Counted from the first letter of the stretch, positions 1 to 15,715 are shown. The stretch is 64,000 nucleotides of DNA from Camelus ferus (GCF_009834535.1 NC_045697.1:107200001-107264000); one strand, 5' to 3'. Notes: generated by a model from the sequence alone, not told the origin. Numbers and translations: made by a program.

Positions 1-2536
1 AATCAAAAAACAGTAATCCCCTGCTGTTGTGTTTAACCATACGTTAAAATTAATATATCTGCAAATGTCTTTAAAAATCTGTTTTTAAACCTTTTCAGGA
101 AAAAAAATCTCCAGCCAATAATAATCCTTCGAATTACTTCCAAACTGACATCGATATATTCAAGATACTTCACTGATCAATCAAAAAAAAGCTTGATTTC
201 AATAAAGGTGACAAAAGTTGCTCTAACCCTTTCCAGCAACAAGCTCTCAACAGATGATCATCATTAAGCTTATATGTGGGCTTCACATTCAGGAGCTATA
301 TAAATGTGTCCTATTAGTACATGGTCAGTCTGTTTGGCAACTCCAGTTCTCCAGACATATGGCAATTGCTGCCCTTTGAGGTCTGAAGTCAAGTCTTTGG
401 GGAATCTCAAAGCCTGCACTGAAATTACAAGGAGTGTTCATTAGAGACTGCTGGAGAGGAAACATGAAAGACTTCCATTAAAACTATATAAAACAGCTAA
501 TTATTTTTAAAAGATTTTTAAACCATCTTACGTACTCAGCTACAATAAAAAGTATTTAACAACTGAATTGTTTTTAAAAGCACTACTTTCAGGACATGGG
601 CACAAACAGCTTTCTTCAGCTTTCTTCATGCCTCCCAACCCCCACCTCAATACACCTAACATACCTTTTTTCTAGGAATCATCAAGTCAACCTTTTTGTG
701 TCCTGGGAAAGAATAAAATTATCTTATACCTCTAAATTCTTTCTACAGATCACTGTAAACATTTATAAAATGAAGGTATTTTTAGAGACAAAGTTCTATG
801 TTATAATATTTTGTTTTGAATTACACTGTTAAATTCAGCCAGACGTACATATGTGTTTCTTTTTAGATGCTTTTCTTTTTACTCAAGAAGATTGCATCTA
901 TTTCATTTCTATTCTGTTTTACACCAATAATCATAAAAAACTTAAGCACAAAATAATATAAATCAGATACTAGCTAATCTATGAAATGGCATTTATTAGG
1001 TAATAGTATGGAAAATGTACGAAGATTCAAATGTTTAAAGTTAAAGAAAAATGTCAATAAATTGACAGACAAGAGTTCAAAGAAATTTCATGTCTTTGTT
1101 GTCTCAAGATTTTGAAAAACATAATAGTTTTCTAATTAATTGTTGCCATTTTAACTTTTGAATGTGTAGACACTTTAACTTGAGAGAACATTTACTAAAT
1201 TTTGCAACAATACTGCAGAATATTTCAGTAACAAATCTCTATAAAATGTTACATAAAATTCATTAGTTTGCCTCAATCATTTCTTGAATTCACATATATG
1301 TTGGTTTCTGACAGCCTAATTCCAAAAAGCAATTACAACCTCAATCCATATGTAAAAAGATAACAGAAAGCAAGTACATTAAACCAGTTTAAAAGAATAA
1401 AAATCTAAAGAAAACAGATTACGAATGATTTATATGAATGCCTAGTGCTGAAGTTAATTACAAGTAACCCAATAAAATAGTGCCTTTATTATTGTACAGC
1501 AAGTAATAGCTCTAGATGTAAAAACCAGAACTCTTTCTGCTGACTTTCGCATGCCCAATCCCACAGCACACAACATTAAGAATTAAACATGCAGTAAATA
1601 AGGCATATAGAAAACAGCAGTTTTTAACTAAAAGCAGAAAACTCTCCTGCTGTTTAACCATTTGGAGTCTCCCACTCTGAAAAGTGACCACTGTAAACTG
1701 ATACTCTGTACTCACTGAGTACATTCTTAGTGTTAATATAAAGTGAGACCTGATTTTTGTATTCACAGTTTTGCATCAAAAAAAAAAAAAAAAGTAACAG
1801 TGAAATAGCATTCACCAGGACAAAATAAAGAATGTTTAGGCTATGAAATGATGGTATCTTCAGAATCAAAATGTTCCTAACCTCATACTGTATCTACCAA
1901 TAAAGCTTTGGTCCTGATTTGAAAGTGTACTATCTAAGACACATACATTGCATGCTACAGTAACACGTTATAGTTGTCAATCTAAGACCAATCACAGTAT
2001 GCTTAATGACTTTCCCGATGAGGAGGAGTAAGACCTTTCAGTCCAGAATGATCCCATGCCTCTGTCAAATATTTATCAATGCACCTAATGAGATATTAGA
2101 TGGTAAAAACTTATAGCTTAATGCAAAAGTCATAAAACATGTTATGAATAAACATCAACATGTAGGTCATTTTGACCTACAACATAACTAAAATAGTGAT
2201 ATGAAATATTTGATAACCTGGTTTTGCTGCACAAATAAATCAGAACTGATAAAACAAATAATCAACAGTACATTTATCTGGGAGTATTTTATTCATATCA
2301 ATTTCATCTCCATTAGAAATGCATGCAATATGAGTTTATTTTGCCTTTTTTTCTGGGTCAATAATTCACAAACTGGAATTTTTCTCGACTATTAATGGTC
2401 CCTATCTCTTTACGTTCTCAACAGTACCTGATTCACCATTCCATATAATAAACATTCACATGTTCGTTAAAGAACCCCTAATTTAACACCGTTAGGTAAA
2501 AGAGGGAGAAGCACTGCACTAAGAACACTCACTAGA

Positions 2537-2998
2537 CAGATTAGTTTTCTGTGGCTGCTGCAACAACTCATCACAAACTTGGTGGCTTAAAACGCTAGAA
2601 GCCTGTTCTTTCACAGTTCTGGAGGCCAGTAGTCCAAAATGAGTGACACAGAGCCAAAACCAACATGTCAGCAAAGCTGCTCTCCTCCTGGAAGCTCTGG
2701 GGGACAATCTGCTCCTTACCTCTTCCAAGTTTCTAGTGGCTGTCGGCAATCCTTGGCTCTCTGCTCCACCAACACACTGCCTCCTCCTCTGGGTGCCTAA
2801 GTCTAATCTCCCTCTGAGTCTCTCTATTTATAAGGATACAGCACTGAGGGCCCATTCAGATAATTCAGTAGTATCCCCTCCTCTCAAAATCCTTAACAGA
2901 ATCACGCAAACACCCCTTTTCCAAATAAGGAACTCTCAAAGATTCCAGAGATTTGAAATAGATATCTTTTGGGGGGAGCCATTTTTCAGTCTATCACA
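2537..2998 (-). mobile_element. MaLR solo LTR (MLT1C/D-like)
   Basis: MLT1 motifs (acaaacttggtggcttaaaac, cacagttctggaggccag). Minus-strand start TGTGATAGACTGAAAAATGG. 5-bp TSD CTAGA at 2532-2536 and 2999-3003. Confidence 0.85.
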
Positions 2999-4984
2999 CT
3001 AGAATAACAAAATTAAAAGAACAGAAAGGGCAAGTGGAAGAAAACTGAACTTCACTAACAAGTTCAACAAAATTCAAAAGATTCAAAAGAAATAAAAACA
3101 TCTTTAAAAAATTAGTGTATTGTGGCAAGAGCTGGAAAATTTTTTAACAACTTGTGCTCCAAGCGTTGGTTCTAATAATGATTGATTTGTGACTGGTTTT
3201 GTTTTCAGTTCCAGAAATTCAGCTTAATTTGCTAGGTATAAAGCCTATCAGATTATAAGAAACCCAAATCTGGGCAGCTGAGATACAAGTAACAAGCAGA
3301 TATAGAAAGAACAATTCCTGATAATAGCAGAAAAGCAATGACAGAACAGCCAAGTGTCCAAATTGGGCAGCAGTCTAGACGTGCTTAAGAGACTGACAAG
3401 AAACAGAAAGCGTCTTTGTTAAAAAAAAAAAAACTCTTCCCTGTTATTTTACTTTCTCACTGCCAATGACCAACCTCCTTTTTTCTTAACTTACAGCAGT
3501 AGAAAATAGAATCCTGTGCTCACAAACTAAACTACAAATTAGTGCTACAGAACAACAGTGAATCTTTTGAATAGGTTTAATAGGAACATCTCTGAAAGAC
3601 TGAGCAAATGTACAAGCTTTCTTAGGTAAAGGAATAGGTCATCTCCCCTCTGTAAAAAGAACAGTAAGAAATCAGAATTAAGTTTACTCTCGATTATATC
3701 TGATAACAAGAATAACCTGACAAGCCAACAGACCTAACAAGACAATACTGATGTTTTAACTGAATGTCTAATGAAAACTGGAGCTTCCAATAAAGAATTT
3801 TCAAAAGTACATAATTACTATCAAAAAGAACGCACTGCATCCAGTATTTAGGACACTGGCACACATCACCATACTCACTATGTGTAAAAGTACCTTGTGG
3901 AAAGGAAGCTGTCAGAAGAATGTCAGAACAGGTTCAGGGTTAGGCAGTTAAGTTTTTCTGGTAAATTACCCAGAAAATGGCATTATGTGCATCACACATA
4001 TATCAAGTATCTCAATACTACTTACAAGGCAGCAGAGACATAAGAATAAACTAACATAAAATAATATTAGAGACCTTGGAAATAAGGCAGCAGAGTTTGA
4101 ATTTGATAAGACAGAAAACTACAGCTTCTCTTGGAACAGAACTATAAAGACACTCCTAGGAAAGTAAATTTGTTAGTACATACTAGAAGAGGTAAAACTG
4201 ACAGAAAGGAAAAAGGTCACTTCTCCAAACCAAGAATAAGCTTCGTCAGAATTTGTGATTCTTTACAGAGACGTTTTCCAAATGATACTCCTTAATTGTC
4301 CCTGCATGTCTCCCCCATTCTGAGAGGTCCCCAGTTGAGAATCATCATAATGAGCAACTGTTAACGATGATACATTTCACCAGAAAAAAAAAAAAAAAAG
4401 GTTGGCCATCAGTGACCTAGGTTAACTGTTATAAAAGTATTTCTCAAATATGGTAACACAGGTGTTGAAAGTAATGTTGTATAAATAAAAAGCACTAAAA
4501 TATACAAAAGAGATCTTTAAGAAAATCATTAGAGTAGTAATTGCTAAAATGACATCAACCTCACTTGTATTCAGGTAAACTTTATTGACACTCAAAAGAA
4601 GCTATCCCTATGGCCAGCACAAGAAACACTGGGACCACCATCGGGAGCCTATGGAAAATAGGAAGGTTACACATTAACCTTGTCTACATGAAAAAAAGCC
4701 CAAAACTGCAAGTCTATGAGGTCTCTCGTAGCTCTAATATTCTAGGGATTGAGATGAAAATGGACTAGAGTGGGCATATAATCACAGAAAGAATAGAAAA
4801 TACTGAAAGAGACACTGCAGAAAATAATGGTGAACTGAATTTATAAGGCAAAGATCTGAAAAATCTAATTTCATGAAAAGAAAACAAGAGGCACTGAAAA
4901 TACTGAATAAAGAGAGACGATATTGTGTGCTGTTAAAAACACAGATTCAGAATCTAATAACTTTAATTTACAACCTACTTTGCT

Positions 4985-5110
4985 TTATGGACTATTCTAC
5001 GTACTTTAACATATATTATCTAATATAATCTTTATTACACCCATTTCACTCAATAAACTGAGTCTCAAGCAAGTAATTTGCTCAAGGTTACAGAGTAAGT
5101 GGTAGAGGGA
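4985..5110 (-). mobile_element. MIR SINE fragment
   Basis: aaactgagtctc...aagtaatttgctcaaggttacagag matches the reverse MIR core. Confidence 0.6.
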
Positions 5111-7551
5111 AAAACATTTATTAAAATTAAAAATCTATCATCACAGCATTTTCCTGGCCTCCATCTCTTTCTATGATCATCTTTTCCTCTCTCCTTTGGT
5201 TACCCATGATGGAGACAACAGCCACCTCTACAAAGTTCACCTCCAGCAACAGAGGAATTAATTACTAGAAAGACAAATAGCCTTCAGGGTTCTGATTCTT
5301 ACTTCATTCAGGCCTAAATCAACGTTCAAACTTTAGATTTTGCTAAAACTGCATACATGCTACTGGAAGTTCATATTATAAAACAGCATCATGACTAAAA
5401 ATAGCTGCATGACTAAAAAGTACACAACAGATGGACAATATCGACCATTACTAATATATAACTGTCACTTCCTAAACCATGCTATTATATTCCAATAGTA
5501 TGTATCAGGGTCCTAAAGAACTAATATTTTACCTCAGAGTCAACTAAGGCAAACGGTATAAACACTTCAAACAGCAAAACTTAAATCTAGATCTTAAAAA
5601 TTTTGACTAAAACCAATTAAACTATATACCTTATGAAAAAATATATGATATGGTAATATAGCTGAGGCTTCACAAAGTTATCAGAGTTTGGTATTAAAAT
5701 AAAGACAATCTCAAGCTTTACACTTTTAATCTAGCCTTTCTGTAACACTTTAACTTCAGTAGATTAGTTTGAGGTAATAAAAAAAATGAGAAGGACTAGG
5801 CAAAACCAAGCAATAAAAGCTGAGAAACAGAAACCAAGCTGCAATCATAATTATATTAAAACAAAAGGAAAGTATTATGCTTAGAATATTTCCATTCATG
5901 TATTCCTCCTGTTTTCTAACATTCTGCTTAATCCCAAATTTAAAAGACCAGTTGTAAAACGGTAGGGTGCCAAATTAAAGCACACTTTATTTTCAGATGT
6001 CTCCATACTCATAGGCTGACTTCCTGTCAGGAAGAGTTCCATTTCCCTGAATACCCCAATCAGCAGGGAACTCGCAGAATTAAGTGCCAGTTGATATTAC
6101 TTTGTTTTGCATTTACCACCCTTGAGAATAACGTTCAAAGATCGAGTTATATAGTCAGCATGGTATCATCCTTCTGACTAGACTGCCAAGCCACAGGGTG
6201 TACTGCAAGTTTCACAAAATGTACCTTAAAAGGTTGTGTTTTCTAAAGCCTAGTGTGCAAGTGAATCAACAGGATGCCTGCATTTCAGAATAAATCCTGC
6301 ATCTAAAGCTAAATTATGCTTCTCTTTGGTTACAAAGTACTTTAACATTGGAAAGGTCTGAATCCAGATTCAAATAAAGATCAATTAATGTTCACTAATC
6401 CATCAACTAAATATTTTATTTTTTAAAGTAAAATGGAATATTTTAGTCTGACGTATTTTGTTTTTAACGTTTTTGCTGTTGTTTAAAGACAAATGATTCC
6501 ACCTTATAAAAGCAAGTTATGCTACTAAAATTTCAATCAAGTAAAACCATAAATTTTTTTTTACCATATTAGCATCAAATACAGTTACTAAGCTGTTTTC
6601 AGATACTTGACAACTGTTAGTGTATTGAAGATTTTTCATGATCAGTTAATACAGCTTGAATCTTAAACTAACCTCTCCAACTCTCACAGATTTCCAATCA
6701 TGCTTCAAAGGTCTCTAGTTCCTTCTCATAAGGTCAACTATTTGCTTGCACACAAAACTACATTAATTCTGAGCATTTCAATAAAGAACACCTCTGCTCA
6801 CAGCCTTTGCGCATTATAAGGATAAGCATTCAGAGCAGCTCTAAGACAAAACTAGGTGAGTGTAATGGAAGCCTATTTTTTGATCCTAATATTAATCATT
6901 ACCATATTGATTTTCATCTATTCACATTCAAAAGGTCATAAGCACTGACAATAACACAGCTCAGAGACAATCAATCGACATTCACTAATTTTCTATAAAT
7001 ACATTCTAAGGATGAAGAGTAAACACATCCAAAACAAAATAAAAGGAGGGATAACATCATGAAAAAGGTTGAAATATTAAATTATACTGATCCTAGTTGG
7101 ACCATGCTATGTATAAACTGGTCTTAAAGAATCCAATTGCCCCTAAGGTCTTCTTTACATTGGAAAAAGCAAGGATGGTTACAAAGAAAATGGAATGATT
7201 ATTTACATCATATCAAACACTTAATACACTTCGCAAATTTGATGCCATGCAAGCACATTTTAGCAATGTTCCTACTCAGATATAAATGTTTCTTTTATGA
7301 AACCTTGACATACAACAAGGTATTAACATATTTAATAAACACATCATTTTTAAAAGCCAGGCATTCAACATTTGTCATACTCTCTTTGTTAGCAGAGGCT
7401 GTGATGCCCAAAATGAATCTTGGGCTCTCTTAAGCTAGTGGCTTAAGGGTGATAGAAATAATTCTACAGAAAGAAAAATCTTCACGCACAAAATGATTCC
7501 TTCATAAGAGGTCATCAGTTGAGACTATTTTAACAGGTCCGTTTGTGACTC

Positions 7552-7672
7552 TTTGCAGGGCAGGGTCACTAGGATTTGTTTGTTTGTTTAATGGAGGGAC
7601 TGGGGATTGAACCCAGGAACCCATGTATGCTAAGAATATACTCTACCACTGAGTTGTAGCATGTATCCCCGC
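7552..7672 (-). mobile_element. tRNA-derived SINE (camelid Vic-1-like)
   Basis: Minus strand reads CTCAGTGGTAGAG (A box) ... CTTAGCAT ... GGTTCAATCCCCAG (B box) ... CTCCATT(AAAC)n. Homologous to the copy at 18.8 kb. Confidence 0.8.
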
Positions 7673-10629
7673 TACCTACTTACCCTGTTTTGTGATTTTT
7701 TTAACCGGTCCTTTTGAGATCCAAAGCTGAGCCAGTGAAAGGGATTTATATGTATCCCTTTCTTACTTTAAAATAGGATTAGAGTTCAGAATTAGGATTT
7801 GAAGCCTGTATTTTACAGCTAAATTACCTTTCAGAGTAAGATAAAACTGAATAGAAAAAAAGTAAAGTATTAAATAAATTGGTGTCTATTCCTTAACAAA
7901 AATAAATACTTTTTAATGAATCAAAACCTCAAGGATTAATTTCAAACAGAAACTTACCAAAATGAGGTAAATATATTGATTTATTCAACATATCCCTATT
8001 AAATGCTTATTTTATTATAATTTTGATACTAATAAGCAGTGCAGACAAAATGGACAATAAGAAATATTTTCCTGACCTCAAGAAGTTTTAAATCTAATAA
8101 AAGAAACAAAAATTGTAATATGGCATGGTAAGTACAAAAATAGCTCTTATGTCTACAAATTTAATTCCTCTCTAGCACTTATGTCCATAAATTTAACTCT
8201 AAGATAGAGTTCTCTAAATTCATATATTCAAAACTCATAATCCAATGTTGGGGGCATCTAAGCTAAGAACTAAAGATGAGTAAGAGTTAATAGGGTTTGG
8301 GATTATTTATATCCTAATTTACAGTATAAGTGAGAAACATATTAAATTCATATTATATAATATATGCCCCGAAAGATTTTGGTGTGTTCTCATACCAAAA
8401 ATATCTGTACATGGCAAAGACTGAGTTCTTCAAATTGTATCAGAAGAAGAACAAATTCCTCTTCTATCTATTAATTTAATGAATGTTTCTAAATATACCC
8501 GGATGAATCTGAACTATCAGCATCCTATTGTCTACTCACTTCTCAAGGCTAAGGATCACCAACATTTTTGTTTACAATCTCTAGGAATTGCTTTATACAC
8601 AAACTGTATTAAAAATAAAAAAAAAAAAGAATCACTACAGATCTCAGTGAAAACCCCCTAGACTTCTTAATCTCTTAAATAATGACTCTCTATTTTTGTT
8701 ATATCTAGGTCATGATTGCAAGCTACCTCAAATCCTGGTCGTTTGGATGGATAAATGGATGACCTATGAAGAGCACCAGCCACTGAATGATTTAGCTGTG
8801 TAACTGTAAACCATTGTTAAATTTTATTCTACTGAAAATTATAAAAATTTTACTGCTATAATTTGGTTCATTTATTTGACATATTAAAATTTATTTCATT
8901 AGACATGGTATCATATGACATTCATAAACAGTTTAATTTCATTTTCTTTGGACTTTCTGGACCTTTTTTAAGTGCATAGCAAAGTTCAATGCTATAAATG
9001 GGTCAATAATAATATATGTAATATCCCATTAATATAAAATATATTCTGACCTTGGTTTCTAGACTCTATGCTACACACTTAAACATGATTACAAAGCATA
9101 AATTATTACAGTATTGACTATAATACAATGTGATTCACTCAGTCAATACAGGAAATAGCTGTATAATCAACTGATATCAAAATATTTGAGTTTATCCTTA
9201 AACTTCAGATTAGTTTACATAAATACTGTAAAAATACATAAACTTGTGTATATTCATTTAATGTATACACACACATTCCTGGTTAAACTAAAGTTGTTCT
9301 AGAAAGAATATCAACTCTTACTATAAGCACTTCTAAAGATCTATTCCTTCAGAAACAACATGTAAATTAAGAGTGAAGTCCAAATTACCTACAAAGGAGA
9401 GAGAACAAGTGACTTACGTAATTTCTTCTGAATGAAATATAAATCATCAGTGTTTTATGAAGAAAACAGCCATACTTTTATATATCTAATGATATCCTGT
9501 AATTACTATGATTCGAGAAACAGAGAAAACCAGAAGTAGAATACATTAAAAAAGAAGCATTTCCTGCATTATTCACTGTCTCAACTCCGATGCAGTAGCA
9601 GCTTTTCCTAAATCATATTTTACAAAAATTATCCATAAAAAGGATTTTGTGATCAAATATGCTAATATTATGCCCATAACAGATTCAACAATACACTTTA
9701 TTATATACATACTTTACACACACACACATATGTATTTACTAGCTTTTTTCATAGAACATTCATTACCATCACACAGTACACACACTCGGATATGTGATAC
9801 TGGCAATTCTGGATAGTGAGAAGTAATCAAACAAGTACCTGGCTACCACAAATCCAACCAAGGAAAATTATATATATAGGAAAGAGCAGAGGAAATGCTT
9901 TAAGAAATTTAGTATCAATTGATCCCAATGAAATTACAGAAATACAGATGGAACTCAGAAAAAGATTTTTGATTGAAAGGCAAAAGAGCCTGAAATGATC
10001 TCCTAATGAACAAAACAAAATCAGAATTAGATTAAACAGGGACTGATAAACAGTTTTTGTGATCCATCCCTAACTCCACTCCCTGTCCCTATAATTTGCT
10101 TCTGTTTCTCTTAAAGTCCTTATAAAATTCTATGCAACCATTTGTCTCTTCCACTAGATTAAAAGGAGAGACTTGCCTTAAAAGCATATGGTACACATCT
10201 GCTAAATAAAAAAAGAAGTATCACCAGCAGGCATAGAGAGGTGGACTCAGGGCAGATAAATTGACACAAACCTCTGTAGAAGAGACAGCATTTGAACTGA
10301 GCCTGTGAGACAGTGGGGAAAAAAATACTTCTAAACCGATAGTTAATGGCCTCACAATACTACTGTATAAAAGCTCTGTAGCATAAGATTTTCTTATAGC
10401 GTAAGATTTCCTTATAACGTATAAGGAAGTTAAGACTTATATTTCCAATAACCAACTTATACTCAAAATTCCTATTTTGTGGTTGGCAAAAAGATAATCC
10501 TTTGTTTTACTATTTCTTTTTAAAACCACACGATTCTCTTACTACTAGTGAGTTTCAGTTTAAAATGTTGATGTGTACACTAAATACAGCACACTCTGAG
10601 AAGCTAAGCACCACGATTCAAAGAAGTAA

Positions 10630-10865
10630 ATCTCCATTTATATTAAGTTCTGCAATAAGCAAAATGCATGCACAGTAACAGAAATCAAGTCAGTGGCCAC
10701 TTGAGGTGATAAGGGGAGGGATTTAACTACAGAGGCACAGGGAACTTTCTGGATTGAAATGTTTGTGTATATGTCAAACTTCACTAAACTGTATACTTAA
10801 AATGCATGCATATATACTGTCTACTAATCATAAATAAATATCACCAATAAAGTTGATTTTCTTAA
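10630..10865 (+). mobile_element. Old L1 (L1ME-like) 3' fragment
   Basis: tccatttatattaagttc...ggaactttctgg...tgtcaaacttcactaaactgtatacttaaaatg...caataaagttgatttt. Confidence 0.65.
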
Positions 10866-11084
10866 AAGAGGTAAATCTAATTAAGCCAAAAGAAAATGAA
10901 AAAAGTAACACCTTTTATATAAATGAACATGACTACAATATTTGGTGTGACAAAATAGCTGACTCAATGAAAACAAACACTTAATATAAACTTAATACAC
11001 AAAACCATGAGGGTATTTCATAATGAAAAAAAAAACTAAAACGTAAAATCCCAAACATGATGATTTATGACCAATGTTACCATT

Positions 11085-11900
11085 CATTTATTAATTATGC
11101 TGTTTTATAAATATTTGGTTGAATAATAATTATGCTGAATGTTGGAGATACAACAGAAAACAAAACAGTGCTCGCCTTTAAGGAACTTAGAGTCTAATAA
11201 CAGAGAAATAAAAATCACAGGCAATATAAATAAAGAATAAAATTACTGTAAGACAGGTCAGTGAGTGCTCTGAATGTATACCTAACTCAGGCTTAGAGTT
11301 GTGGGAAAGAGAGGAGTCAAAGAAACCTTTCCCGAAGAGGCTGCAATTTAACTGGGAGCTGAATTATTTATTTATTCCATAAATATTCACCGAACAGCCA
11401 CCACGTGCCAGGGACTGTGCTGGGTATTAGGTACATCCACAGTATCCCTCATGTACTAGCTACACAAAACACAAACAGTTGTTACTTTCGTAGGCCCTAC
11501 AGCACAGAGAAGGAAATTGGCAATAAAAAAAGTAGTTAGACAAATATACTTAAAATTTCTGGTACATTCTATGATGAGTGCTCAGATGGAGACATGCAAA
11601 AAGATACCAAGTATAGATACGATGGTCTGAGAAGAGGATACTTAAGTTGAGCACTGAGTTATGAGAAGAAGCCGACAATTAAGAGTCATCAAATTCGAAA
11701 AAGGGAAATTTTAGGAAAAGAAAAAACATGCCAAGACACAAAATTATGACAGCACATTTGGGTAACTTTGAATAGTTCAGCCTACCCTGAGGACAGATAC
11801 AAAAGCAAAGTGATAAGAAGTGAGGTCCAAACAGGAAAAGAAGCCTAATAATGAGATACCTCTGCGCCATGGTGTACAGCTGGGTTTGCTTGTCCCCTGC
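11085..11900 (-). mobile_element. L2 fragments
   Basis: Two reverse L2 3' ends: cattcatttatt...aggaacttagagtcta, and aaatattcaccgaac...gtgccagggactgtgctggg. Confidence 0.6.
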
Positions 11901-14900
11901 CTTGTTGGGTTTTTTTAAATTATCTACTCAAAATACTCATCAAAACTATAAAAAGTGAAAGTCCTTAAATTAAAAAGCTGGGAGCAGTATCATTAAGGTT
12001 ACGTATTTAGAAGGATTAAACTCCAAAAAAAAAGAAGAAAATTAGAATTAAAAGAAAGAAATTATAGGAGAGTGATGAAAGAGAGGAACAGTTTACTACA
12101 AAGATTCAGGAAAAAATTCAAATGGCAATAATTCAAACATAAAACTGACATTAAAGAATCTTATGAATGGTGGTAACTGGTTCTATGAATATTATCATTT
12201 TAAAATTCATAATTCAGAGACATAGAAAGAAATGAATCAAAAATGACCAAACCTTTTTATCGTTACCTTCATGTGAAGGAAATATTTCCCCAAATATCAA
12301 CAATCTGCATATGCTGATGAAAAATTCATTAAAGAAAAATCAGACTAACACTATGTTTTAAATTAACTTTTGCTGCTAATTAATTACTCAGATGGGATGC
12401 CAGGCCAAAATACATGGTGCTTCTAGCTTCTGCTTTTCTATGTACTCTATGTATTTCTGATAAATGGGAAAAGAATAGATGACCTGGCAGAAGGCTCAGA
12501 CAATAATATGTGATTTACAGGACATGAATGCAGCTACCATAAGATTTATCTGACAGCCCTCTCCGATAGTGGACTGTTGAGTATCCGATGGAATGATTTC
12601 TAGTCTAGAAAGTCTACTACTGAGTAGCCATACACATTATTTATTTATTAGATGTTTTGGGTTGAAACCATTTTTAAATGATGCACTTCACAATGCACAG
12701 TCATAAATTTAGCTTTAAACCCAAGAAGGGAGGTAGTGTTATTGGAATGTATGTCAGACTGAATTAGGATGAGCAACACAACGCTTTTATAAAGTGGCCT
12801 TGAATGCAATGTCAATTCTTTCAAAAATGATATTAATGTCAAATGAGCAAGATACAAACACTTTACACAATGCTGGAGTAACATTATTTGAAATATTTAC
12901 TTAACATTTTCTTTACATTCACATTGATTTCTAAAGGTTCATACACATACACAAAAAATATTGGGCATAAATGTTACATGTTTCTGAAAAACTGAATCTG
13001 AAATATAATTAAGAACTTGTTCAATTTTTTTCTGTGCATCAGAGCGTACACAGTTTCCTGAAGAATTTATACAGTCTTATCTAAAACACGTAAAGAAGAC
13101 TTAAATCAGGTTTTGGAGCTTAAATAGTTCTTGAATTATTCTACATGGGATTCAATATATGAATAAACTTAATTTAAAAAACTTAAGTATGTATATAACT
13201 TTACTTAAAAACAGTATGCTGAATATTTTAAAAAAGGTTTCAACCCTAAATAATATTTTGCCTTAAAAATGTTAAAATTTAAATGGGATAAAATACGAAA
13301 GTGTCTAATCAACCTATTAATAAGTAGATATTGAAAAACAGTCCTAATGGAAGCTTTAACAAAATACATAGTGATCTGTTTGGTCTTAATGACAGCAAAC
13401 TCAAAGTGATCATTTCCTCATTTCTTAAGTTTAGGCTCTAAACTCTTTTCTAATAAAATGTGGCAAATTGAAATACCTTGTTAAAAAGAATGCAAAAAGA
13501 AAATAAGTTTTGAACGGATTCAAAAAAATAATCAGCACATGGCTGATCGTCATGAAATTAACATCAACTAATTTGTAAAGTTTTAAATCAAATTTGCAGA
13601 TGTTAAGTTCATAAGCATATCCCATTATTTATGTGATTAAAAAGGAGTTTCTGACCTGATCTTTCGATCTTTGGCACTCAATCCTCTCCATCTCCTCTTA
13701 AAAAATTAATTAAAATTTTAGCAAGATGCTAGCTTTTCACTTCCCACCCTATCTCAGGGTAAAAAAAAAATTATCAATCAAACTCAAGCCATCCCCACCC
13801 AATATCTGCAAAATGTCGACTTCAAATTCAATTTCATATCCCTTAAGCTTTCATGTAGAAAAAGACAGTTCACTTCTTAACAAAATAAATCACTTTTGTG
13901 ATTGCCAATGTGACCTCTTTGAATTAGGAAAATTCAAAGTGAAAAATGTAATTATCACCCCAGAACAATCTGTATACATCTGGAGCTAATTCTGGCTTCA
14001 TTTTTCACATCATTTTTCACACTGTGCTACATCTTACAGAGATGCCATGGAACTTTTGAAGAACCCATAAAAAATGTTAAGAACTTAAAATAAACCAGTA
14101 ATGTACTTTATTCAGACAAAACCTTGAGAATATCTGACTTCTGCAACTTACTCTATCAAGTGATCTTCATATCCCATTTGATTGGAATAGTATTAAACAG
14201 CACTGTGACATACATGACAAATAGGTCTATTAAAATGTGTCATTATCTTTCCAGCTTCTAACATTCAACTGTATAATATACTAATAGCTTTCATCTATCA
14301 AGAAAATATTCAATTCTTCTAAACCAGAAAGTGAAACTTCATTATCGAAATTCACCTATGGGACTATTACATAATTATAAACAACAAATTCATACTTCTG
14401 TGAAGAAACACATAAAATTGTAAAAAAAAGTCTCTTAAAGTAAAGTGTAATTTCATGTCAGTATAAGAATGGCATATGGTAATTTCCATCCAAGAAATAA
14501 ACAAGAAATTATTTCAAATCAAATTATTTAATGAGAAATTTTTTCCAGTCAGCTTTTAAAGAAATGGAGTTTTCTAGGGGACATAATTAAATTATAAAAA
14601 CATGATTCTCACTAAATCTAAGAATAATAAGCCCACTACAAACATAACTACTCTTCACAAGTTCATTATAAAAATCCATTAGGTGTAATCTCTAGAAGTA
14701 ATTGTTCTTACTGCATTTTATTGACAATGCGTACTATTGATTTTTCACACCTTCTATGATTCTTTAATTTGTATTCATGAAATGTCCATCAGCACAGTCT
14801 AAATAAATTTGGCAATATAGGCACTAAAATGAATAAATCGATGCAAAGAAACATTAATTCTGCATTATCCTTATTCATCAGGCAAGTAAACCATAAGAGT

Positions 14901-15715
14901 TGTAAATGAAGGTCAAAGGTTTTGAAATGGGTCAGAACCCTTGACCTCTACACCAATATCCTTCCTATTAAAAAAGGCTATTTTAAAGTTTTAAGTAGGG
15001 GAATTTACTACCAGCGAGATACCATTTTTAAAAGACTACAAAGAAAACTCTCAATAAAAACATTCATCTGTTTAACTGCAAAACAGAAAAGAAAATATCA
15101 AAGGATACATGATTATTTTTTGTACGTTTTAAAAAAAACCATTAACGTTTACCACATGAGGTATAAGGTTTCTGAACACTGAAACTAACCCTGCTTTTAG
15201 GAATTTATTTACTGCATCTTATTATGATGGCTGCCATATTTTTGTTGATGTTTTCCCAAATCTACTGTGTATGTCAAAAATAATTAGCAATGACAAGAAT
15301 TCAAAATTATTTATCACTCATTTTATAACCTCTGCACAAAAGGGAAGTAAACCCATTATTCCCAGGGGAAGTCCGAATGGCACTCCACAAGGTATAGAAA
15401 TAAATCTGTTTCTATAACCTTAATACACGAAGCAAAGAAATTCACCCATCTCAAGATCATCTGATCTGGACATTGTTAAATGTGACTTTAAAAACCTCTG
15501 TTTCTCATTCATCTATCTGATTTCTCTCAGCACTCCAAAATTATCTGCTAGTGCCAAACATAAAATGTAATCCTTCTGCAGTACAAATACAATTATATTA
15601 AAACTGCAAACTCAAAACTCTGTTACAGCAAAACTTTCCAATGAAATATTTTAACTTCCTTTCAAAACGAATTTAAGAATTTACTTTAAATCAAACATTT
15701 ATTCTTGTCACTCAC

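Noticed and set aside
2519..3002. ORFs of 119 aa and 76 aa
   Set aside because: They lie almost entirely within the MLT1 LTR and are chance ORFs.
7590..7672. Functional tRNA gene (also 18820-18898)
   Set aside because: Stems are degenerate, and the SINE tail, A-rich end and TSD indicate retroposed SINEs.
1..15715. Next LRBA exon (EWQNSIQKNAGLAFIELVNEGR)
   Set aside because: I did not find it by eye. The region appears wholly intronic.
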